From NCBI GenBank assembly GCA_951406725.2, contig OX597815.1, positions 120,404,001 to 120,468,000 on the forward strand: a stretch of 64,000 bases of DNA, written 5' to 3'. The translations under genes were made by a program, and so were the position numbers. This document shows positions 12,301 through 23,877 of the stretch, in pieces (position 1 is the first letter of the stretch; every line of letters begins with the position of its first letter). The notes beneath the pieces are model-generated. The model ran no database searches and had not been told where the DNA came from. It was given only the letters and a program-made list of their open reading frames with translations. This stretch comes from Octopus vulgaris. Its lineage: Eukaryota.

Positions 12301-12567
12301 ATCCTTTCACCCCTACTCCCCTTCCCTTCTTCCCTCTTTCTCCCTCCCTCTTCCCCTTCCCTCTGCTCCCTCACTCCCTCTCTCCCCCTCTCCCTCTTTC
12401 CTCCTTCATCCCCCTCCTCCCCTTCCTTCTCCCCCATCCTCTCCTCTCCCCCTTCTCCTCCCCCTCTTCTTCCCCTCGCCTTCTCCTCCCTCTTCTCCCC
12501 CTCCCCTCTTCTCCTCACTACACCACATGACTTTACACATCACATCACATATGATGTGCCATACTAA
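9331..12567 (+). CDS. Penelope-like polyprotein: N-terminal domain, Pro-rich linker, reverse transcriptase, Cys motif, GIY-YIG endonuclease (about 1078 aa from the first ATG)
   Basis: IIIKPADKGGAVVV, YFLPKIHK, PGRPIVS, FTMDIQSLYT, GVAMGTRMGP, RYIDD, FLD, CSRPRCRTC, NIIYCISCSLCNSLYIGQTGRRLADRFAEH, REQELIF; no internal stop. Confidence 0.93.
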   Translation: MPDPRSYLLTLHHRLKDHLRSLPVYCLQPSVNLSLLLFKKTRFSSHVSFLSRCLHHRLIPKGFRLHFHPALHSDSSILPILRTTSYRLMRATIRSNLSKLHAINRLLPPAFSTFFSSLPPLYAPNTLRFIIYLNQLFHQFLSDTKLRKLQSLFHSTLPDATTPTPPPPFSPPDRLHPPTPNPTAPPYNPFSPPVRLHPPTPNPTAPPNHPPHTSPIPPPQTSTRPTTPPTSIPPTPSPLPSVVTIPPDLPLSAAERSVLGRGLRFIPLTPSCKEFQTRVDVHSFVRRVRLGAHYHDSPPTPNEEDDCFTGLGRRPSPWTPAPGQILAVDLFAGACQRALERFNFSRRQRRLNISPAELLALRSLQRRADIIIKPADKGGAVVVWRADLYRAEAFRQLNDTSFYSPLPSNPTRSYQQTVSSTVQDLISSSRLPRTASNLIVRTPRTPTIYFLPKIHKPNNPGRPIVSACNCPTELISKYLDRVLAPLVASLPSHIHDTNHALRLFNSFSFPPGSSKILFTMDIQSLYTVIPHHEGLQALRHFLDLRSNPVPDTSTLIRLAELVLTLNCFSFAGEFYHQFSGVAMGTRMGPNYANLFVGYVEVQIFSNFTGPTPELYGRYIDDIIGATSLSREHLDSFLSFVQSFHPALHFTSTISNTSVSFLDISVSILHSTLTTSIHYKHTDSHSYLNFSSSHPEHTKLSIPYSQFLRLRRLCSDDHDFETQSQRMAHHFTLRGYPLTTIHTALARARSVDRVSALSPRTRPVVSRLPFPLTYHPTTLRLQRTILRAFRHLQSDPSTSHLFPNRPLPSFKRAHNLRDLLVHSSFPDPTSQPGSLPCSRPRCRTCPYLSNTTRLTSTHHRPYPIIHSFTCTSSNIIYCISCSLCNSLYIGQTGRRLADRFAEHLRDIHLANDTPVSRHFRSTGHSLQHLSVFGLSLHRGHPDSRLRREQELIFSLRSYTPFGLNSPPSSSNPPLPLLTYPFFPRPLLLQSFILSPLLPFPSSLFLPPSSPSLCSLTPSLPLSLFPPSSPSSPSFSPILSSPPSPPPLLPLAFSSLFSPSPLLLTTPHDFTHHITYDVPY

Positions 12568-12805
12568 TACACACACCAACTAATACATACTAATACGTAC
12601 TAATACATACCAGTACATACTAATACTTACACCAACCCTATACATACACACGTCCAGACCCCGCATACGCACTTATACTCTCTCACACACACACACACAC
12701 ACCTATACATACCAATACGTACTAATACATACTAATACATACTAATACATACACCAACCCCATACATACGCACGTCCAGACCAATCTTACGCACTAATAC
12801 TCTCT

Positions 12806-12842
<37 letters not shown>

Positions 12843-13074
12843 ATACATACTAATACATACACCAACCCTATACATACACACATCCAGACCCCTCCCACGC
12901 ACTTTTAGCTGGTCCCTCAACCCTTTTATCAACCCTATTATCTCCCCTTATTTCGCTCTCGCGTCTCATGTTTGATCTTTGACCTCTGGCCGAAATCAGA
13001 TCGCCATGTTGATTCGTTAGCTACTGCACGCATTTTTTTCTCTCCTTCTTTCTGTGTTTTTCTCTCTCTGTGTA

Positions 13075-13112
13075 TCTTTCTGTTGAAGAGCGTAGGCTCG
13101 AAACGTTAAAGA
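13075..13112 (+). ncRNA. Minimal type I hammerhead, variant core CUGUUGA (3' repeat copy)
   Basis: Identical to 8571-8608. Confidence 0.75.
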
Positions 13113-13317
13113 CTTGTTTTATTTATATTTCCTGAGCGCCATACTAATACAATTGTTCGTTTGTTTTCCACCTGCCTTCGTCTTTTGTTTATTTTCATAA
13201 AGCTTCCCGTTATACATATATATATATATATACATGTATATATATACATATATATATACATATACATATATATATATATATATATATATTCACACACACA
13301 CGCACACACAGACACAG

Positions 13318-13455
<138 letters not shown>

Positions 13456-13479
13456 CATATATATATATACATACATATA

Positions 13480-13543
<64 letters not shown>

Positions 13544-13559
13544 TATATGCATATATTAT

Positions 13560-13900
13560 TTTACTTCTTTTAGCCATTTGACTGCAGTGATGCTGGAGCA
13601 CCGCCTTTAGTCGAACAAATCGACCCCGGGACTTATTCTTTGTAGACATAATACTTATTCTATAGGTTCCGTTCACCGAACCTCTAAGTTACGTGGACGT
13701 AAATACACCTACTTCAGTTGTCAAGCGATGGTGTGGGACAAACAGAGATACAAAAATACACAAATACATACACACACACACGACGGGCTTCTTTCAATTT
13801 CCGTCTACTAAATCCTCTCACAGGGCTTTGGTCGGCCCGAGGTTATTGTAGAAGACATTTGTCTAAGGTACCATGCAGTGAGACTGAACCCGCAACACAT
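13560..13900 (-). mobile_element. tRNA-derived SINE family A; related copies at about 17010-17150, 23640-24030, 44290-44740, 59940-60295, 62115-62515, 63600-63710 (all -) and 52384-52782 (+)
   Basis: Shared blocks TGACTGCGGCCATGCTGGAGCACCGCC, GAACCGCTAAGTTAC, CCACTCACAAGGCTTTGGTCGGCCCGAGGCTATAGTAGAAGAC; tRNA-like A/B boxes in the + copy at 52384. Confidence 0.85.
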
Positions 13901-13909
13901 AGTTGCATA

Positions 13910-14103
13910 ATACAGTTCTATATTTAAGAGATGAGGAATTATGTACATTAATTTATTATCATTATTTACAATTGACGGATATGTGTCGTCATCTTGTTTG
14001 CTGTTAACAGAAAGCTGGAAGGTATATCAGCTGAAATGTTGTGTTAACAACAAGCAAGGCGAGGACAAATATCTGTCAGTAGTAAATAATGTAAATAATG
14101 TAT
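13910..14103. repeat. Short fold-back element with half of a hammerhead in its loop
   Basis: About 13961-14009 is inverted to about 14042-14090; loop GAAAGCTGGAAGGTATATCAGCTGAAATGTTG matches the HHR family at 57747/58019; 11-bp direct repeat ATAGTTGCATA at 13899-13909 and 14104-14114. Confidence 0.65.
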
Positions 14104-14250
14104 ATAGTTGCATATCTAGACATGTTCATATATACTTAAAGGATAAACTTGTTGTAAGTTTTACAGATTTTTACAGTTCCAGCGACGGATTGGATCTGTA
14201 GTCTTCGAATCAGCTTTCTTCTTTCTGGTTTTGAGAATTCCAATTTCGAA
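14104..14250 (-). mobile_element. 3' tail of the RLE LINE family also found at 43095-43765
   Basis: Matches GTTGCATATCTAGACATG...TTTTACAGTTCCAG; adjacent to (TATG)n. Confidence 0.75.
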
Positions 14251-15529
14251 AAATTGTATGTATGTATGTATGAAAGCGTATTTCAAGTTTCTTAGTGAAA
14301 TATTTCCGGAAGATATTTCTGTTGAAATACACTATTTTTATTTCATATAATTTTGAAAAGAATAAAGAATTTAGAATAACTTTCTCGTTATTAAACTGGT
14401 GTTTCGAACATAATTTAACATGAAATTTTACTGGATGATAAAGTCTCCATGTCAGATGACTATAAAACTATAACAAAACCCCACAAACTCGACTTATTTG
14501 TGTACGTGTGTGCGTGCGTGCGCGCACGCATGTGTATGTGTGTGTGTGTGTACAAATATATATGTCTGTAATGTGGTGCATGCGTGTGTATGAATATATA
14601 TGTATATGTATGTGATGCATGCGCATGTATGTGTGTGTATATGTGTGAGTGTATGTGTACGTATGTATGTACGCGTGTAATAATAAGAATAGTGTTAGAT
14701 ATATTGATTAATAACTATACTTCATTTTAGATCAAGCCGTTACTTCTGTGGGAGTGCTATCATCAATTGAACGGACTCTTGCGTATAATTTGTACGCATT
14801 TTATCAAAATCGAAAGTTTGAAAGCGGAGTAGATCCCGGTGAGTTTCGATCGAAAACGGTTTAAACTTTCGTTCTAGCGTTTGTGCACACCTCAATATCA
14901 GACCTAATATTGGATAAGCAAATCTACAAGAACTTATCTAAGCTTGCTTTATACACAAATGTATACAAATTTACATGGACAAACAACCCAGAATAAATAA
15001 CGATCAAATGGTTACTACCATTTAAGTGCAAAGTTAGTAATAAATTCACAAGCCACTAGCTAATTCATAAACCCAGAGTTAAATCGTACAAAATCTACGG
15101 GAAGTAGTAACCAAAAACACTCTAGAGTGTACCAATAACCATCAGGCAAGAATCATATGTGTTAAAGTGTTCGCTTCCCATAGATTAGTTTTGCTCGTTA
15201 ATGTCTCTGAGATCTCCATGTCAGATTTTTTAGTTTTTAGGTTTGAAGATGACATAATATTTCGCCTAAATATAGGTAGTGGCACGTTCGGAGTGTAAGG
15301 GTGGTGTGAATTAAGGTAAAGGTATGATCATTGTCGGAGATAATAGCAAACAGTTCCAGAGAGTTCAGTCAATGAATTAATATATAAAAATATTTTGGCT
15401 GTTTACATTGATGTTTGCTTTTACGTGCGCAACATTTCGATCGACATCTCAAACTTCTTCCATAGCTGTTACACTCACTAGAAACGCCTTTTCATATTAC
15501 TTATTTTGACGACCTTTCTCCACTGTTCT

Positions 15530-15835
15530 TAAATCTGGATTGTCTTCAATTGGATCCCTACTTCTTTGCAGCGTCCTTTCCGATTTTGCTGCACCACGTC
15601 ATACGTTTCCTTGAAAGAACGCCTTCCAATCCCATGTCTGGATGCTTTTGAATTGCCATCGATGTTTCTGTAACTTTGCAAACCCATTTCTACTTCTGAG
15701 ACGACGTGGTTGATATTAGTCTGACCTCTATCATTTGACCTGTCCAGCATGGGAGACCCTACTAGGAGCTTGCGCTTTACTTGTATAGTTCTCAGGATCA
15801 TCGAGGGACACAAACCACCACAACTTAATAAGGAC
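15530..15835 (-). mobile_element. RTE-clade LINE 5' region remnant
   Basis: GACCTGTCCAGCATGGGAGACCCTAC...CTCAGGATCAT resembles, from recall, the reverse complement of RTE 5' UTRs. Confidence 0.5.
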
Positions 15836-18060
15836 TAAGCTTTGTGGTGGTTCATTAAATATAGGGGCACTATTATCAAAGAAAAGTAAAGGGCTGAATA
15901 CAGATGATATTCATCTTGTTCGACTTTACACCAACCTTTGTATCTCTTACCACAAGTTACCGACTTTCTAAATCAATCTAAAGATGAGAAATTAAAGCAA
16001 GAAGAATCGGCAAATATTTAAAATTACCGTAGCAGTATGAAAGAATTTACTGTAGATATGAATATTATAAACTTTATATTCTTTGTTTTCTTGGCCGTGT
16101 ATGTACTTTCTATATTATCCAATCGGCTAAGTCTGCTTTTATAGAAGTACAGCATAAGCTATACTATAAAAATCTGGTTAAAAAGGCACCGATAGTACCT
16201 TTACATAATGCAGAGTACAGTTACAACTACAATACATTAATGATAAAATCAATTTTCATCTTTAAAAAATAATCTATAGTTTACGAAGACAATCAATATA
16301 AAAGCGGAGTACAGTAGAGATGAAGGCATTTCTTTTCGAGTCTATTTCGTAAAAATATAATTAGAGAATCTACTTTGACTCAATTTTAGATCTATATTAT
16401 AAGAGAAAAGTTTACGTACAAATAGGAACGTTATTGCACCAACAGATACGTGTCAGTTGGGAAAGCAAGAAAATATAGATGACAGTAAGTATAACAAGTG
16501 GCATCTGTCGGTTGTTGATGACAGAAAACAATTTGATATGAGCATAACCTCTGAAATAAATGTTCACCAATCATGAGAAATAAATGAAATAGGCTGTGTC
16601 GGAGCAAAGATACATTTATGATATATCTATGATATACGGATATGTTATAATATTTTTTCGATAGTCACCTTAAAATGTGTTCATTAAATCGGAAAGCCAT
16701 GTTTCCAAATGAAGTGGTAATACCTTTTTATGACAGCTTGCAATCCATTCAGAGTCTGAATTATAGCTGGAACCAATTTTCGATTCATATAAGATTTTAG
16801 TTGGATTCAAAGAGCGACTTGAAAATATCGAACCGCTTACAGTTTTTTATTCAAACAACTCAACATGTCCTCTGCACTCTTCTTTCTGTACATAAACAAC
16901 CTCTTTGCTCTCACAACGATCACGACTACGCGGCTACTACCATTATTCACGCCTCTCTAACCGTTCGAATACAGGTGTTATACACAAATAAATACGTCGA
17001 GCTTCCTTCAGTGAGTGGATTCTATCAAATCCACTCACAAGGTTTTGGTTGACCCGAGGCGATAGTAAAAGACACTTTCACAAGGTGCCACACAATGGGA
17101 CTGAACCCGAAACCATGTGGGTAGGAAGAAAACCTGTTGGAACACAGGCGTCAGACATATACGTACCACTATCTTAAATCAAACTTGCACTGTGTATATG
17201 AAGATAAAAACCTCGGAAACATTCTTTAACAGGAATATATGATGATAATATATTCATTTTCAGTCGTACAACGACACAATCACAGCTCATATCATAGAAA
17301 CAATTTCGTACACCGTTCTATTTAGTCTCGAATAACTTTGTTAAGTCCTCAAAATCACTGCAAATTCTAGAACTCTGTATATATACCAGAGTAACATCTG
17401 CACCCTCATAACTATCCTTTCTCTTTATAGACTGAAAATATTTCGGTTCTCACCAGTAGCTGCGGTTACACACATAAACATTTTAGGTTACACGCAAAAG
17501 CAAGCATTCTTACTCATTTATCATACTACAACTTTCGATACACAGATGCAGTATCTCCACCTTGTTATAACGGAATTAAGTAGTAACCGCTTCTATGCGG
17601 CAGTTAGTTGCATAGTAACTGCACCCAGGTCCATTAGAGATAAACAGTTATTCACCAGACATGACTTGTACAGTAAGCGCGTTTATGTGCGTGTATATAC
17701 CATACATACATACATACATACATACATACATACATACATACATACATACATACATAATACACACATACACACACATACACACATACATACATACATACAT
17801 ACATACATACATACATACATACATACATACATACATAATCTGTTACTGATGTTGAAATTCCAATGAAGGAGCCTTGGATCTAGGTAAGAAACCGGTTCTT
17901 TCTCTATTGGCAAGTAATCTGGAGATAAAACTGAATAATGGCCCACATAGATACATACATACATAAGTACGTAAGGAGATACATTCATACCTACATATAT
18001 ATATATATATACATACATACGTATATGCATATGTGTGTGTACGTGTGTATGTATGTATGC

Positions 18061-18176
<116 letters not shown>

Positions 18177-18948
18177 ATAGATAAGAATCTACTTTCTACA
18201 TTGCCTTAGTAATGAAATCCTAGATCTTCGCGGTGGTCTTTATAGGATCGACGCTCTATTTATCATACCCAGTAATAATAAAGTTATCCCTGAGAGAACG
18301 CGTAAAAAAATTAGAAAATTCTTTCGAAACTTTAACCTCAATCTAACTTTCGAACAAGGAACTAAAACCGTTAATTTCTTAGATGCCAAGTGAAACCTTA
18401 AATCCGGCTTATACTATCCCCATAGGAAACCGGATGAAATCACTAAATATGTTAGTAAATTCTCCAATCACCGCCACTCCTCCGTAACTAATTTTTTAGT
18501 AAAAGGTATTTCACGTAGAATTACACAAATTTCAGCGAATAAAGACATTTAAAATTTTTATAATTTGGCTCTTTCTAAAAATGACTATAAACTAGAAACA
18601 CCTATAATATCAATATTAATGATGGGTGTACTAAAGGTAATGTTAATAGTAATAATATATAACACATAGCCGAGCGAGTGTGATAAATCAGGGTGATGGG
18701 AGTATACTGGCGTCTACTAATTCTTGTGCAGACATTGGCTTCATAAAATCGCCCAAACTAGACAATGAAGTACACAGGAATAACATGGGAAAAATATTAA
18801 CCCCCTAAATTGTGGTAGTGAAATTAGAAAGCCTAATAAATTCCTTAATAACAAAAATAAGGAAAATAAAAATAATAAACATGATTGTGTTGGTGATGGG
18901 GTCTAAGGAGTAACTAATCGGCATACTAATAGAAGATTGCGAAAAGCA

Positions 18949-19331
18949 TCAGGTCATCCCATAAGTTCTGTCCAAATTTTGAATAAAGAAAACAAGTGAT
19001 CAAATGTTATATTTAATTGAAATTTAATCATCAATGTACCTTCCCTGATTATCTGTGACTTCCTTCCTTCTATTTACGAGCTTTTCAATCCCATCAATGT
19101 AAAACTCTTTTGGTTTCAAAGCGAAAAACTCTGAAATGTCAGTTTCGACCTCCTCCTGGCTTGCGAAAGTTATGGCCCCCAAATGATTCTGTAAACTACG
19201 AAACATATGGTAGTCTGAAGGAGCAAGGTCGGGAGAATGTGGATGAGGAATTTTTTCCCAACTAAGCTCTTCGATCTTCTTTGATGTGATCTTTGCAGTG
19301 TGGGGTCGCGCATTGTCCTGATGAAACATCA
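18949..19331 (-). mobile_element. Mariner transposase C-terminal fragment with one TIR, inside the old Penelope
   Basis: FHQDNARPH and HSPDLAPSDYHMF motifs; terminus CAGGTCATCCCATAAGTTCTGTCC. Confidence 0.88.
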
Positions 19332-21897
19332 AAGTGACGTGATATGGTATAATCCATCTTAGAATTACGTAACAGATACGAATTTATGCAGCAAATTATT
19401 TAGTATATTAAAGAGAAACTTCCCATTGTTACATAAATATAACTGTTTATTATTCTCCCGTAAAAAAATGATAGGGCTTCCTATTCAACCCTCTTTAATC
19501 TAGGTACGATTATAGCTGGCATGAACAAGAAATACATAACCATGGCCCGAAGCATTAGAAATAGCACCGCACCAACTAATAATACTAACAATAATGATAA
19601 TCGTAATAACACCATCGACTTAATTGACAATAATACTAAACATACTAATATCCCTAGTGAGCAAGTTCTTCCTAGTAGTGGTGCTAATAATAATAGCATC
19701 AGTCGGCTTACTGCATCTGAAAGCAAAAGTAGTAGTACTAATTGTTCAAGCAGCAGCCGACTTTCTCACCCTGTTACGGGCAACGATTCTGACACTCTTT
19801 CCACCAGCCTTAATTCAAGCCAACACACATCGTCTCCTGTTATTGATACGGTAATTGAACATAACGTAAACAGTAGTGCCGACAGCCAATCTGTTGTATT
19901 ACTCATCCTCAACCCTTCGATGTCAGAATCCGATGGCATAATCCCTTATGGCCTTGCTCATAACCTACATTCTTTTACTCCAAATTTAGCAAGTAATAGT
20001 AATGGTAACAACCTTAGTAACAGTAGCATTAACCCTGGTAGTAGGTATATGAACATTGATAACTCTCATGATCTTTATCCCATAGGATGTAATATTATAG
20101 GAAGGCTCACTCGTATTAACAATCATGTCATGACCAAAAATGGATGCAATTGTTTAGATAAAAATTTATGCCCGCTTTCTGATCAATGTGTGGCCGAAAA
20201 TGTAGTTTACAGGTGTAATGTAGTGACGGAGACGGATACTTATGTAAATTTGAAGCAGCGCTTACGCAATCATGTAGCATCCTTCGAATTAAAACATAGG
20301 GCAGGCAGAGCCTCATTAGCCACGAAGATTTGGGAACTCACAGATGATGACGTTAGATTCGACTTGAAATGGGATATATTTAGGGTCGCAAAACCATACT
20401 CTAGCAGCAGATACGTGTACAAGCTATGCTGTATGGAGCTGTACGAAATATGAAAGCGAACAAATAATGAAAATTTAATTAATAATAAATTGCCCCTTCG
20501 TCTTTCATGTATCCATAAAGTAATCCGTACCTTCAAATATTAAGACCATCACATAACATCTATTTTAGTTTTTAGCCAAAGACAAAACAACCCCAGTCCC
20601 ACTACCTTTCTCATATGTAGGCTCGAAAGTCCAATGATTTGTGTGATCTTTTGACGAGTCTGCTCCTTTTCCCCTTTCCAACACATTCTATCCCTAATTA
20701 CCCTGATAATATTATTTGGAAGTATGTGATAATGAAGGAATGAATCTTCTAGCTAGTTTTGTGTAGTATTATGTATTTACGGTATCCGATCGTATATAAC
20801 CTATAAAATAACAGCCTATACACCCTAGCGAGATTTTCCAATTCCACTAGTTCTATCCGTAAGTAATCTTTATACCGAGTAATTTTTATTTGTGCTGCAC
20901 ATGATAATGAAGGAACACATCATCTGAACCTTTCTACCTACGACTATTGGTCCGTGGTATACAACCTGATTTAGCGTATATAATAGCGAATTATACATTC
21001 TAATTTAATAATATTCACAACACATATAAAACAAACTAAAAAGTTAATTAATAGATAATTGCATATCCGGTAGCTTACTAAGATATCTGATTTGCTATGC
21101 CCTCTTCTTCTCGTATTAGGTGACATATATTAGGTATTTTTTTATTCTTCGAACTCTATAATTGAAATGAGAAGTAGTACACTAATACTACTTCCCGTTA
21201 TTTCCTTGCACATTATTTATAATAATAATAATTCCATTTCAGGTACACATGTCTTCTTGCTACAAGCATGTTTGTCTAACACCTACAATATATTTGTATT
21301 TATATTAACATCCTACCTTTATATTTCTTTACCAGGAAAAAAGGCAATCACACGAGATACTACCAATCTACAGCTATTAGATTAATTACCTGAGCTCCAA
21401 TTCCAACCCTACCCAACCATAACCACCATCTCTTGTATAACCCTAAATTCTGAACTTTATCTCTCCCCTCCTCTTTTTAAATTTTAATCTTTAACAGGGG
21501 TATGCTGCACTCATATCTGGTACTTAGTTGCTTTTATTTATTTACATTGTCTTGGGTTTAATTATTGCTATTCACATTTCTGAGCCTAATGTCATAAAAC
21601 GAATAACATAAAAATACATATATAATTACCTACACTTCATCTCTGTCTTTTATAAGGAAGCTGACTCCAACTTACAGCCTCAACTCCTGACGGGCTCTCT
21701 AAATGGTATGGTGGCTATAAATCTCATCTTACCGCTACTCACTAGCTAAGTTCTTAATGTATTTCCACCCCTTTAACGGTCATTATTGCCTATGTCTTGT
21801 TTTCACCCATTCATGGTCATTTCCCCCATTCATAGGCGTGTTCCCACTGTGTTCGTGGAGTGTTAGTGATCTTATATTGTTTTGAAATTATATGTAC

Positions 21898-21976
21898 CAT
21901 CTGATGAATACGGTTTTTTGCAATAATGTAATGTACTCATTCATCTAATAAAAATGCATAAGAAACAGTTGTAATG
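21898..21976 (+). ncRNA. Type I hammerhead in the 3' region of the old Penelope
   Basis: CAT-CTGATGA ... GAAA-CAGTT-GTA-ATG; stem II decayed. Confidence 0.65.
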
Positions 21977-22284
21977 AACTGACATCTATCCATCGCCTGT
22001 TATCTATTCATTTGCTAATAATACACCAAAAGGGATTCACGACTCGTTGAACATTGTAGAGTATACCAAGCACCGTGTGATCAACATAACGTGTGCCAAG
22101 TATACGTAGGGGTGGTTTTCTCTGTATTCACAACCTGAATATTTTACTGGATGTACTTCAGTACCCAGTATATATATAAAGGTGGTACTTACAGGTTAAT
22201 TCAACCCAACCTGGTGCATATCATTTAAGTACCCGATTCTCTCCAGAATCCTTAATATTGTATATAGATAGATAGATAGATATA

Positions 22285-22343
<59 letters not shown>

Positions 22344-23820
22344 GAATACATACATGTGCACGTATATGTGTGCGTATGTGAGTATGTTATGTAAATGTGT
22401 GTGTGTGTGTGTTTGTGCGTGTGCATATTGTCATCGTTGCTTTTACTAATTTACAAACTTTATAGTTTTATGTTTCTCCAAAACATCCGTCATTATTGTT
22501 TCGTATCCTATCCAAAGCAATTTTAGTTTTCTCTGGAATAGTTACCACTCAATTCTCCAATTCAACTAATTATAATGGTAATATGACGGAGAACAGTCCA
22601 AATATGAAATTAGTGGGAATTGCTGGATTAGTTACCAACATTTAGCGCAGATATTCCGAAGCCTGTGGGGGCAGTGGAAAAATCTATTCAGTCTTTTCGC
22701 TTTTGCATCAGAAAATGATTTCAATTGGAATTGTTTCCAAACGATCCGATTACTGAGATATATTTGCTGACTGCGCAAGTTGTATGTCGTTAAAGACATG
22801 TAAGGACAAGTTTTCTATACTAGATAGTAAAACACGTTTGTTTTAAACGTATTTTGCATGATATGCGTATCGAATACTGGTTAATCAATATGTGTAAATA
22901 GAAAGATTTTACAGCATAATTCGGTTATTAGTTACTCAATATCAAACAGAATTACCAACTTACTCTATTTCAGATTTAGTACAGAAATCTTGTCTGAGCT
23001 TTTCGTCCATGGTGATGTTTTTCGATGGAGGCGCAAATATTTTGATGTTTTTGTAAATAAAACAATATTAAGTTTGTTGTTACTACGTTTATTATGGAAA
23101 AGCTATTGACTTTGTTATTTGCCTAGTGTATTCCGTTAAACCTTTCAGCCATTTTATCTGAAGCATGTTAGTACTTGTATTCATTTAGTCAATCCAATAT
23201 TTACACTTATGAATACTTTCAGTCACAACTTGCTGACTATGACTTAACATATGTATATAATGATAAATCAATACCTTCATAAAACAGCCATTTGTCCTGT
23301 TTTAGGTTAAGTTAAGAAATTCTTAATGATGACGCTTAAAGAAATGAAGAACAGTCATTTGACTATCAAAATATTTTTATTATGAAGGTGACCAAATCCA
23401 GTTCTAAGCCATTAAAATTAAAACAGCCATCTATATATCATACTTAATGTATATAGGCTAGGTCAGCTACTGCAATTTTTGTCCTGAGATAAATTTCTTA
23501 TATCACGGAACAAATATTGCTGTAGTTAGCCGATCGATAACGTGTAGACATTAAGTATGGTACACAAATGACTATTAAAAGCAGGTGAAAGGAAATAAGA
23601 ATAACTAAACTAACAAAAAACACCTTTTCTTATTTCTTATTTTTTTACTTCAGTCATTAAACTGCGGCCATACTGGGGCACTGCTTCAAAGGGTTTAGTC
23701 GAATAAATATACCCCAATACTTATTCTTTTTTAGTTTAGTATTTATTCTATAGCTTCTTAGGCCGAACCGCTAAGTTACGAGGATATAAATCAAACTAAC
23801 ACCAGTTGTCAAGTAGTGTT

Positions 23821-23877
<57 letters not shown>

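Larger units (their letters stand above)
7507..13212 (+). mobile_element. Penelope-like retroelement (Neptune-type), full length with an upstream partial tandem copy (pseudo-LTR)
   Basis: 7507-8708 is almost identical to 12010-13212; single long RT + GIY-YIG ORF; HHR in each repeat; (TA)n on both flanks. Confidence 0.95.
18190..22260 (+). mobile_element. Degraded, 5'-truncated Penelope-like element of a second family
   Basis: RT remnant GLYRIDAL...TKTVNFLD...YYPHRKP...YVSKFSNH at about 18235-18480; GIY-YIG region CNC...CPL..QC...NVVYRCNV...KQRLRNH..SF...LKWDI at about 20140-20450; HHR at 21898; microsatellite flanks. Confidence 0.8.

Noticed and set aside
9799-12518. Minus-strand and alternative-frame ORFs over the Penelope ORF
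   Set aside because: By-products of the skewed composition; no recognisable motifs
19521-20453. 310-aa ORF as a host gene
   Set aside because: Its C-terminus is a Penelope GIY-YIG region within a decayed element
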